DNA of 9,850 nucleotides from Octopus sinensis (Eukaryota): NCBI RefSeq assembly GCF_006345805.1, contig NW_021827842.1, positions 1 to 9,850 of the forward strand, read 5' to 3'. Shown piece by piece: positions 1 to 8,702 of this stretch (position 1 is its first letter; each line of letters starts with the position of its first letter). The notes under the pieces were generated by a model. It saw only the letters and a program-made list of their open reading frames with translations, ran no database searches and was not told where the DNA came from. The position numbers and the translations under genes were made by a program.

Positions 1-243
1 CAGGACTTTTGTTTACAACTATCATGCAATACCAAGACAAGGAGACACAAACATACATACACACTCTCACACACACCTATATAACGGGCTTCTCTCAGTT
101 TCCATCAACCAAACCCCCTCACAAGGATTTGATTTGCCACAGATTATGGCAGAAGAGACTTAACCAAGGTACCACATAGTGGGACTGAACCTGAAACAAT
201 GTGGTTGGAACAAGAGCCTCTTGTACACCTAGTTACACTTGTG
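1..243 (-). mobile_element. Decayed tRNA-derived SINE (family A: head, CORE-like segment, (TG)n linker and start of body; runs off the window edge)
   Basis: 82-243 aligns by eye with the better-preserved copy at 8491-8658 (acgggcttctctcagtttcc...ccaaggtaccacatagtgggactgaacc...atgtggtt). The minus strand has a B-box-like GGTTCAGTCCC. The reverse complement of 1-50 (gtctccttgtcttggtattgcatgatagttgtaaac) matches the body at 6146-6181. Confidence 0.8.
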
Positions 244-588
244 ACTATAAATGCTACAATGTACAATAACAACCTACTTTGATTTTTCATTTTCACACTC
301 TCTCTCCCTGTCAATCTCTTTTTAGTGTTCTATGAAGAAGGACGGCCCACAGAAACGTCCCAACTCCTCCACTGTTACAATTCTACATATTCTGGCCCAT
401 CGTTAATGAGTCTGTGTCAAACATTTAAAAATTTTTGATTATTGGTCATAGTATTATCAAGAATTAAACACAAATTGTTTTATCATCAGCAGTGATAATA
501 GAAAAAAAAAACAATCCAAAAGATACCAAAATACGTATAAATAAAAAGAGAACAACATACACGATAGGTATAAATAGATTGTGCTTAC

Positions 589-690
589 CTTCTCATTGTT
601 ATACGTAACTCAGATCATGTGACCAACATTGGCAAACTGCTTGCATGGACATGGTGACATCCTCGGTACAACAAGGAGGGTTACCGAAAC
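589..690 (-). other. Candidate spliceosomal exon (102 nt) of an unidentified minus-strand host transcript
   Basis: Minus strand reads tttttctcctcttgcAG|gtttcgg...caatgagaag|GTAAGCac: strong polypyrimidine acceptor and near-consensus donor around a unique, GC-richer island in AT-rich flanks. All three frames contain a stop, so it is a UTR/lncRNA exon, a stop-containing exon or a start-containing exon. Confidence 0.65.
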
Positions 691-715
691 CTGCAAGAGG
701 AGAAAAATTGATCTA

Positions 716-882
716 GATCTATATCTATATGTGTGTGTGTGTGTGTGTACGTACATATATGTATATATATGTGTATATTTAGATCTGGTACCGTGTGTAT
801 TTATACATATGTGAATACAAGTGTTTCATATATATATATGTGTGTGTGCGTGCAGATATGTGTGTGTAACTACACACACACA
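716..882. repeat. Mixed (TA)n/(TG)n/(CA)n microsatellite tract
   Basis: Directly visible dinucleotide runs. Confidence 0.9.
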
Positions 883-1150
883 TTCCTTAGATAAAAACAA
901 GGTGATGAATGGGTGCAGAAGACAAAGGTAGATATGATAACAATGGATGGCAGCAGCCGGAGAATTATGGAAGAAACAAGAGAAAATGAAGAATGCAGGT
1001 GGGAGAAGGGGGGGGTGTATAAAATATATTCAAAGATGATGTACCCAGTCAGGTGGAAGAGAGAATGGGGATGTGGGTGGGGGAGGAAAAAAACAGGTAA
1101 CTCAGAAATCCATTAGTGTGTGTGTGTGTGTATACACACATACATGTCCA

Positions 1151-1404
1151 TGTCGGTGACACTTAAAAAGCACCAGCCAATCGTGGCCGTTTGCCAGCCT
1201 CCTCTGGTCCCTGTGCCGGTGACACGTAAAAAGCACCCACTACACTCACGGAGTGGCTGGCGTTAGGAAGGGCATCCAGCTGTAGAAACACTACCAGATC
1301 AGACTGGAGCCTGGCGCAGCCTCCTGACTTCCCAGACCCCGGTCGAACTGTCCAACCCATGCTAGCAAGGAAAACGGACGTTAAACAATGATTATGATGA
1401 TGAT
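1151..1404 (+). mobile_element. Well-preserved 3' end of RTE-type LINE or partner SINE (3'UTR plus (GAT)n tail)
   Basis: Ends in cccatgctagcaaggaaaacggacgttaaacaatgattatgatgatgat. The same 3' module follows RTE ORF2 remnants at 2845-3070 and 5700-5890. Internal 24-bp direct repeat tgYcggtgacacKtaaaaagcacc at 1151-1174 and 1214-1237. CpGs are retained. Confidence 0.85.
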
Positions 1405-1430
1405 AAAACACACATACATGTTGTGTGTTT

Positions 1431-1438
1431 GTATATAC

Positions 1439-1487
<49 letters not shown>
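1431..1487. repeat. (AT)n microsatellite
   Basis: About 20 perfect AT units. Confidence 0.95.
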
Positions 1488-1492
<5 letters not shown>

Positions 1493-2089
1493 TATTGACT
1501 AAGAATGAGTGCTCAACACTGCATTGGTGGATATTCTTTGTCGGTTAAAAAGGCTACCATTGGTTTTATGTAACATTGGTACTCCTCTCCATTTTGGATG
1601 AGAATATATGTATACAGACACACACACACACACACATAGCATGAGAGAGGTAGATAGATGTGTATGCATATATATGCTACATACACAAGAGTGTGTATGT
1701 ATCATGCTAATTTTATGGTTGCTTTTGCATTGCTGGCCAGGTATGTGTGTGTGTGTGTGTGTTGAAGTAAGGAAAGGGCAAACAATTTGGCAAGACGTGC
1801 CAAAGACATTTGATGTAATTTAGCGATACAATGAAAAGTAGAGATAGTCTCTGACAACCGTTTTTGGGATGGCCCAGCGATTGGAACATCGTGTTGACCG
1901 ATGTACGGTCATCAGAGAGAGAGAGAGAGATGGGTTAAATATTTGTAACAGTGGACATGTCTTCATCAATTATAGTTGTTGTGGTTCATTAGAAAGGGAG
2001 AAGAAATTCATTTAAATCTGATGTAAATTCATGACCAGAAAGATAAAAAGATCTTAGGCGTCCGGTGATTCACTGGACGTGTAAAGTTA

Positions 2090-2460
2090 ACATGCTTGGA
2101 TGACAAGAGTAGAAGATTAGCTTGGAGACATTAGGTGTCAATTGCAAGAGAGATGGTTGCTACAGTATGGGCAGGTGAGGGGACAAGGGTACAAAGTTGA
2201 TGAAAACATGGGATGAAGTAGAAAAGATTGACGTCAGAATGGTGAGCCTCGCAAAAGAGATGACAAGAACTGGTAACTGTGAATACTGGAGAGGACCCCA
2301 TTCGGCCATGTGAAAGGGAAATGGAAAGGGAAATGGAAAGAGTGGAACGAATGATAGCCAGGGGTCACATCTTCATTGGGGTCTCTTGTGTCCCAAGAGA
2401 GTCTACATCTACCACCTACCCCACCTCTTGATACCCACCTCCCTTCTCTGTCACTCATTC
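2090..2460 (+). mobile_element. Decayed RTE LINE ORF2 C-terminus plus start of pyrimidine-rich 3'UTR
   Basis: Manual translation gives DIRCQLQERWLLQYGQV and KTWDEVEKIDVRMVSLAKEMTR, homologous to the RTE ORF2 C-terminal motifs (..QERRLRWYGHV.., ..GRPRKTW.EVV..D..) also seen at 3930-4065 and 5010-5200. Confidence 0.7.
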
Positions 2461-2479
2461 TTTATACATTTTCACAAGC

Positions 2480-2723
2480 ATATTAGTAAGGCAGGGGCTT
2501 CACCCAGTCTCCATAGCATACAAGTGATTGAAATTACTACAACACTCTTCCTGTGAATGGGGCACTGACCCATCACAGGGTTCACTTTCCATTGGAATTC
2601 ATTCACAGCTGAGGAATGAAGAGTTTTGCTCAAGAATACAATGCACTCCTGGATCCAGAAACCAAAACCATGATTGTATGACAATGGGAGCAACAACCTC
2701 ACCACAAGGTCAGGTGCCTCCAC
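2480..2723 (-). mobile_element. Decayed tRNA-derived SINE (family B), nested in the LINE 3'UTR
   Basis: gaagagttttgctcaagaatacaatgcac...gagcaacaacctcaccacaaggtcaggtgcctccac matches 6689-6790. The reverse complement gives a tRNA-like head followed by the common SINE motif ttcttgagcaaaac. Confidence 0.65.
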
Positions 2724-2844
2724 CTACTACTAATAGCACCATAATAAAATGTATTGAGTACATCCTGGAAAGCACTTAATAAACAAGTGGAGACAGTGTA
2801 AGGGGGGAAGGAATGTTTAGTGTTGCTGAGGATATGGAAACCTC

Positions 2845-3070
2845 TCTAGAGCTGGTGCCATGACAGACCACATCTGGCAGACTCTGTGAAAGTGGTTTGT
2901 GACGAGAAGAACATCCAGTCAAAAGAAAAGGAACTGAAAATGAAACATTTGAATGAGATGTGGTTCTGCAGTTGTCCAGGGAGGGTAGTCATCAAGAATA
3001 AGAACTGATGTAAACTGTGACACCTTCTCCAATCCATGCCTACATGGAAAGCAGGCATAAAAATGATGAT
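2845..3070 (+). mobile_element. Decayed RTE LINE 3'UTR end and tail
   Basis: gctggtgccatga...actctgtgaaagtggtt...aacatccag...ccaatccatgcctacatggaaagcaggcataaaaatgatgat is colinear with 1214-1404. Confidence 0.7.
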
Positions 3071-3179
3071 TTTGTTTATATGTATGCCAACCCTGGCCAA
3101 CCCCCTCAAGTAAGATACTTTATTCAACTGGTCTTCAGAGACTGGAGTTACCAAAAAGCCAGACATTGTTTATTGCAAA

Positions 3180-3295
3180 GACACACAGACACAAACACCA
3201 TCACACACATACAAATATATACACAACAAGCTTCTGTACAGTTTTCATTGACCAAAATTTCTTTAAGCTGGTGGTTTTAAGCTGTGGAAGACAGA
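3180..3295 (-). mobile_element. Short decayed fragment of SINE family A
   Basis: caagcttctgtacagttttcattgaccaaaatt...gctgtggaagaca resembles 8497-8573, with the (CA)n linker on the same side. Confidence 0.55.
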
Positions 3296-3309
3296 GAAAT
3301 TCCTTGATA

Positions 3310-4104
3310 TGGGGGTGGGGAAGCAGAATGGCAAGGCCTGAAGGTAAACTTGACCAAAGATCAAAGTTTTAGTAAATGAAAGAGAAGCAAGGAAATGGTG
3401 GTGCTCAATATGCAGAAAGGGAGGACATAATATGGAGCATCATTGCAAAAGAAGTGCATTGGGGGGGACCCCATGCAGGCTGGCAACCAATAAACTTTGA
3501 GTGACAGACGGACAGGAAAAGCTTAATGATCAGGGGTTTGGGTTAAGAGATGGCAAACTGAGAAATTTTATTTCCCATTGTTGGAAAGCTTCGTTATAGA
3601 ATTGGATGAGAGTTTCTGTTACCTAGGCAACCTAATGAAGGAGAAAACTTTGAAAGTAGAGGAGCCAGAAGACAGATGTGGTGGAAATGAGTTCAGGGAG
3701 CTGTTACATGCAAGGCAAGAAAGGGATTCTCTCTTCAAGTGAAGGGTCGCTTGTGTTGTGGCTGTGTATAAAATGTGATGGTGCATGCCAGTAAGGTGTG
3801 GGCCCTGAATGGAAGGGGTTAAGGTTAGGGTTGGAGAGGAATGAAGCAAGCAGGCTTCACTGGTTGATGAATGGTGTGGTGCAGGGAAATTGAGAGAGAG
3901 AAACTAGACATTAGCAGAAGAATCAGTTGTAGTGTGTAAGGTCAAAGAGTGTATTTTGCAGGGAAAAGGAAACAGAGGAAGAGGTAGAAGAAGGAAGACA
4001 CGGATGGAAGTGGTGAAAGCTTATCTTGGGATGGGAAAGCTTGCAAAGGAAATGACAGAAGAACATGTAATAAGAGCTAAGAAAACTGATGATGATGATG
4101 ATGA
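3310..4104 (+). mobile_element. Decayed RTE-clade LINE ORF2 (end of RT, Cys-rich insert, C-terminal domain), ending in (GAT)n
   Basis: Frameshifted manual translation: GLKVNLTK..KVLV (3334-3374), KWWCSICRKG (3393-3422), ESFCYLGNL (3608-3634), EFRELL, GFSLQVKGRLCCGCV, VMVHASKVWALN, LERNEASRLHW, GRGRRRKTRMEVVK. These are typical RTE ORF2 motifs in the correct order. Multiple stops and indels. Confidence 0.85.
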
Positions 4105-4256
4105 TATATTTTTATATAAACCATATTAAAAACAGAAAGCGTACATAGTGTTCTATGCTTTATAAAACATACACAGGTTTCCACAAATTAAATGCCAGGA
4201 TTACTTGATTGCTTGTTGAAACATTATTTTAATTTACCTGCTCAGTGTATATCTAA

Positions 4257-4310
4257 TACACACACACACACACACACACACATTCACGACACTACCATTC
4301 ACGACACTAC
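4257..4310. repeat. (CA)n microsatellite followed by a perfect 15-bp tandem duplication
   Basis: cattcacgacactac occurs at 4281-4295 and 4296-4310. Confidence 0.95.
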
Positions 4311-5890
4311 TTCAAGAAACCAGGTAGTCACCTGATTACCTGCCAAGCAGGTGAACAAACAAAAGGCAGATGAACTTCCATTCTCATCAGAAACCAGGAC
4401 AGACAGACATGGCTGTGAACGCTAAGCCTTTTCCCAGGTGAAGAATGTATCACCAAACACAGGTTAGTGATTACTGACTTTAGAATAATGCTTAGATAGA
4501 AGCTGAGACTGAAGACAGCTTTGGAAGGGAAGATAGAGAATCTCAAAGGGTCACTGAACAGTCAGAAGTTCTTCAGAGAATGGTTATTACTTGAAGAATT
4601 TCACAAAACAATGGATGTAGAGAAGGTGTTGTGAGACCAGAGTCAGGTTGACATGAAAAGCAAAGTGTACCATAGCATTAGACACAGGGCACACCCCAGG
4701 AATGAATTCTATCTATTGTTGAGAAGGTACCATAGAGCAGTCAATAGCTTTATCAGGAGTGAGTGCCCTGAAAGAAGATAATTCATGGAGTTTACTACGT
4801 CTGCTCACATCAAAGTATTTCTCACTCTCAGAGAGAAGGGCAAGTGGCACGACGGCTTGCAAATGGCACGACAGCATGGTAGCAAAACCAAAAGTTTAAT
4901 TGCAGAAGGAAACAAAGCATGTTTCACTGGATGTGCATAATGTGTGCATGAATGGGGCAGCAGAAGGGGTCTGAGAGAAAAGCTCGTAAGAGGAATTAGA
5001 TGTAAAGAGATGGCATTAATATGGTCAGGTGTTGTGTGTGGATGATGGCAGCTGCATAAAACAGAGTCAATTACCCAAAGGAGATGGAGTTTGTGGAAGA
5101 GGAAGAACTAGAAAGACTCGAGATGAAATGATGAACCTTGATCTCAAGTTAGTGGCCCTTACGAGGGAGATGACTGTGATACTTGGTGAGGAGAAAACCT
5201 GCTCTTTCAAGCAAATATGGCTGGGCAAGAGCACTAAATGAAGAAGTAGGGTGTTAAATGGTGGGGATGCTCTTGCTACATTCACCCTCTGCTCTCTCAT
5301 CTCACTGGCTCCACAGCCTCCCCCACCCAGGAAGCTGTCACTGTATTCATCCTCTGTTTTACCCACCCCCTTCTCTCTCTCAGCTCTTGCTTCATTCCCC
5401 ACATCACTCCACTCACCTTCTGCCTCTCCCCACCTCCATAATTTCACTGCATCCTCAACATCCCCTCAATACCCTCTCACATCTCTCCTCCCTTCAGTAA
5501 CTCACTCTGGATCCCCATTTTCATCTCTTCCCCTCACATCACGCCTTAGATGACCCCCTACAAAACTCACTTCAGCACACCTGTCAGTAACCCCCTTCCC
5601 ATATACCCCCCCCCCAACAATCTCTCCTCCCTACCACCTCCCCACATAAAATAATCTCTCTCTCTCTCATTTTCCTTTCTTTGAAGTCTCTTTAGTCTGG
5701 CAAGTTCCAAGGTTCCGGTGCCATTTACAAAACTCCAGGACATTCTGTAAAGCAGTCAGCATTAGGAAAGCCATCCAGGCACAGATTCTGGGACAAATCT
5801 GAGACTTTGGAGAAGGAATTGGTCCTCTGACTCATCAGAATCAGGTCAAAAAGAGTCTGATTCATGACAGCATGGAAAGCGGATGTGAAG
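4311..5890 (+). mobile_element. Internally deleted, decayed RTE-clade LINE: APE endonuclease C-terminus, linker, ORF2 C-terminus, C/T-rich 3'UTR and tail
   Basis: FKKPGSHLITCQAG (4311-4352), ILIRNQDR and PGEECITKHRLVITDFRI (~4380-4486) match the end of RTE APE domains. LREKGKWHD..HGSKT (~4827-4889), SMFHWMC, LREKL, YGQVLCVDDGSCIK..GVCGRGRTRKTRDEMMNLDL..LTREMT (to ~5175) match the ORF2 C-terminus. 5700-5890 matches the tail at 1214-1385. No RT core (YADD) recognised. Confidence 0.8.
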
Positions 5891-5930
5891 AAATTGTGAC
5901 GCTACACAAATACATGTCTTTATATACATA

Positions 5931-6065
5931 GGTCTGGGTGGTAAGAAGTTTGCTCCAAAACCAATGGTTCTGGGTTCAATCCTACATCATGGAATCTTGG
6001 AGCTCCAGAGCCAACCAAAGCCATGTTGGGTGGATTTGGTGAACAGAAACAGAAATAAGCTCATC

Positions 6066-6101
<36 letters not shown>

Positions 6102-6281
6102 ACGTTATGGTCGGGTGTGGGTGGGGTAAGTGTGGCCATGCTACAGTCTCCTTGTCTTAACATCATGTGATACATGTAAACAAATGTCATCACCATCCAA
6201 AAAATGCTCCTCATTTTCATTTCCAAAGATGTCTGGCGATCTGGATCATGCAAGAATGGAAAAGTGGATGATGATGACGAT
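5931..6281 (+). mobile_element. Near full-length decayed SINE (family A head, (TG)n linker, body, LINE-like tail)
   Basis: Head ggtggtaagaagtttgct...ggttctgggttcaatcc (B box), ccaaagcc...gtggatttggt...gaaacagaaa matching the reverse complement of 8491-8658. (TG)n at 6069-6100. Ends catgcaagaatggaaaagtggatgatgatgac. Confidence 0.75.
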
Positions 6282-6470
6282 ATGCATACCTGCACACATA
6301 ATATATATGTATATATATGTGTGTACAGGTATGTTTTTATATGAGCATATATATATATACATACACACATGTATTCAGATATGCTTATATACCGATATAT
6401 TTATAAATAGATAGGTAGACAGAGGGAGGGAGGGAGTGAGGGATGGATGGATGGATGGATGGGTGCTTAC

Positions 6471-6512
6471 ATATTTGTCTACTGATGTGATAAAAAAGCT
6501 ATCCTCTTGAGT
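6471..6512 (-). other. Weaker candidate mini-exon (42 nt)
   Basis: Minus strand: ctctctttctcAG|actcaagagg...gacaaatat|GTAAGCac. Length is a multiple of 3 and it is open only in phase 0 (TQEDSFFITSVDKY). It lies in unique-looking sequence. Confidence 0.35.
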
Positions 6513-6679
6513 CTGAGAAAGAGAGTTCTGGAATTTCTCGTTGAATGACCAGCACAAATGATTTGCTTATAGTAATCAAGATCAAATGTTTGCATTGTAC
6601 ATTAGCTCAGTTGCTCCACTGAACAGACATTGCCTGGACAGGTGTGTGGTGTGCCACTTGTCAGAGGTGATGCCAGAAC

Positions 6680-6790
6680 ACGTGCGGTGAAGAGTTTTGC
6701 TCAAGAGTTGAGATTAAGGCCTGGAAATTGAACCAATAATCTGGTAGTCGTGAGTGCAACACCCATACCCACTTGGCAAGGCACCCTCAC
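6680..6790 (-). mobile_element. SINE family B head fragment
   Basis: gaagagttttgctcaaga...ggaaattgaacc...gtgagtgcaacacccatacccacttggc. The reverse complement contains A-box-like gccaagtggg and B-box GGTTCAATTTCC. Homologous to 2618-2723. Confidence 0.7.
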
Positions 6791-6883
6791 ATATATATAT
6801 ATATATATATACATACACACACACACACATATACATACTAGAATGTCTACCAGCTGATGTATGTCATTTTTGTATCCTCATCT

Positions 6884-6938
6884 TTCCAAGCCATGCCAGC
6901 CTGGAAAACGGATGTTAAACGATGATGATGATGATGAT
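6884..6938 (+). mobile_element. Extremely 5'-truncated RTE/SINE tail
   Basis: ccatgccagcctggaaaacggatgttaaacgatgatgatgatgatgat, highly similar to 1357-1404. Confidence 0.8.
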
Positions 6939-7034
6939 TATATATATAAACACACAGAGACATGAATGTGTTCATATATACAGGTATCTCTCTCTCTCTC
7001 CGTATACATACACACACATACACACATAGATAGA

Positions 7035-7286
7035 TGGTTGCATAACACAGCAGCCAGGGTTTAAAATCCCAGCTGTGTCCTCTTGAAGAACATCTGCTTA
7101 TTCCATTATTACGATCCTGGATGGAGTTGTTGTGTTAAACACATCGTCCAAATGTAAATTTTGTGTCATTTCATTCTCTGTCTGAAAAGTTTCTAACAGG
7201 AAAATCCTTTTAATAAATAATAAGGATGACAGCAGACCGAGATTCCTGGCAGTTTGCTGTACTTGGAAAGACAGGTGAAACTAAGT
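7035..7286 (+). mobile_element. Possible highly decayed SINE remnant
   Basis: B-box-like gggtttaaaatcccagctgtgtcctcttgaagaaca. Only patchy similarity to the other SINE copies. Confidence 0.3.
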
Positions 7287-7898
7287 GTGGTTGTCCTTAC
7301 AGGCTTGTCCCCTTACAGGCTTGTCCCCTTACAGGCTTGTCCCCTTACAGGCTTGTCCCCTAGCAGGTTGTCCATACAGGCTTCTTCCCTTGCAGGCTGT
7401 CCTTACAGGCTTCTTCCCTTGCAGGCTGTCCTTACAGGCTTGTCCCCTTACAGGCTTATCCCTTGCAGGTTGTCCCTACAGGCTTGTCCCTTTACAGGCT
7501 TGACCCCTTACAGGCTTGTCCCCTTACAGGCTTGACCCCTTACAGGCTGTCCTTACAGGCTTCTTCCCTTGCAGGCTGTCCTTACAGGCTTCTCCCCTTA
7601 CAGGCTTGTCCACTTGCAGGTTGTCCCTACAGGCTTGTCCCCTTACAGGCTTGACCCCTTACAGGCTTGTCCCCTTACAGGCTTGACCCCTTACAGGCTG
7701 TCCTTACAGGCTTCTTCCCTTGCAGGCTGTCCTTACAGGCTTGTCCCCTTACAGGCTTGTCCCCTTGCAGGTTATCCCTACAGGCTTGTTCCCTTGCAGG
7801 TTGTCCTGACAGGCTTGTCCCCTTACAGGCTCGTCCCCTTGCAGGTTGTCCTTACAGACTTGTCCCCTTACAGGCTGTCCTTACAGGCTTGTCCCCTG
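7287..7898. repeat. Minisatellite of about 40 units (16-bp CAGGCTTGTCCCCTTA and 13-bp CAGGYTGTCCYTA variants) with ~151-bp higher-order repeat
   Basis: Parsed by hand on CAGG: 40 units from 7300 to 7898 plus a partial leading unit. The unit-variant order recurs at 7393-7542, 7543-7693 and partially 7694-7780. Confidence 0.97.
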
Positions 7899-8266
7899 CA
7901 TCCCCTCCTGCTGAACATTCCTAATATTGTGGGCTCATTGGTGCTGGTGCCACACCAAAAGGCTGTGACCCACAATGCACCTGTAATAGAGAGCACCACC
8001 AAAACAGCTGTGGGCTGATGCAGTGCCAGCGACAGCAGCGACAGAACAGTTGTCATGGTAACAAATAAAGCTAACTCATACACACTCATTCACCAAAAGA
8101 CCATAAATAATAGAGACAAGATGGTCTCTTTCACTAACGAATCAAACACCACATTGTTGTTTACAACTGCCAGGTGATGTTTAGACAAGGCCATGTGTAA
8201 ATGTATACAAATATAGGCAACTTACATATGTATGTGTGTGTGTGTGTGTAAATGTATGTATATATA

Positions 8267-8657
8267 TACTCTTACTCTTTTACTTGTTTCAGTCATTTGA
8301 CTGTGGTAATGCTGGAGCACCACCTTTTTAGTCAATCAAATCAACCTCAGGACTTATTCTTTGTAAGCCTAGTACTTATTCTATCAGTCTCTTTTGCCAA
8401 ACTTCTAGGTTACGTAAACACACCAGCATCAGTTGTCAAGTGATGTTGGGGGGACAAACACAGACACACACACATATATATATATACATATATACGACGG
8501 GCTTCTTTCAGTTTCCGAATCTACCAAATTCACTCACAAGGCAGTGGTTGGCCCGAGGCTATAATAGAAGACACTTGCCCAAGGTGCCATGCAGTGAGAA
8601 TGAACCCTGAACCATGTGGTTCGTAAGCAAGCTATTTACAACACAGCCACTCCTATG

Positions 8658-8658
<1 letters not shown>
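8267..8658 (-). mobile_element. Full-length tRNA-derived SINE (family A, CORE-like central segment, alternative 3' body)
   Basis: Minus strand: gcataggagtggctgtgttgtaaatagcttgc (A-box region), ggttcagggttcattctc (B-box-like), ggcaccttgggcaagtgtcttct (CORE/MIR-like motif), microsatellite linker, then a body ending tgactgaaacaagtaaaagagtaagagta (short tandem tail). Flanked by TA/TG microsatellites. Confidence 0.9.

Positions 8659-8659
<1 letters not shown>

Positions 8660-8702
<43 letters not shown>
8660..8702. repeat. (AT)n microsatellite
   Basis: Directly visible. Confidence 0.95.

Noticed and set aside
589-690. Selenocysteine read-through of the single phase-0 TGA
   Set aside because: No resemblance to a known selenoprotein motif and no SECIS recognisable in the window.
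629-1823. Short ORFs rich in CV/YI/HT dipeptides (also 5964-6557 and 9484-9836)
   Set aside because: Translations of dinucleotide microsatellites and SINE/LINE sequence.
4840-4877. Imperfect 19-bp tandem repeat gcaaRtggcacgacRgc
   Set aside because: It lies inside colinear RTE ORF2 homology and has no evident independent function.
5067-5553. Ser/Pro/Leu-rich and antisense ORFs of 80-126 aa
   Set aside because: They derive from the low-complexity C/T-rich LINE 3'UTR.
7287-7898. CRISPR array or repetitive protein CDS (five overlapping plus-strand ORFs)
   Set aside because: There are no unique spacers and the context is eukaryotic. Units of 16 and 13 bp shift frame continually, and the ORFs lack real ATG starts, being stop-poor only because of the repeat composition.
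8590-8658. tRNA gene
   Set aside because: The A/B-box-like motifs belong to a SINE head and no cloverleaf can be folded.
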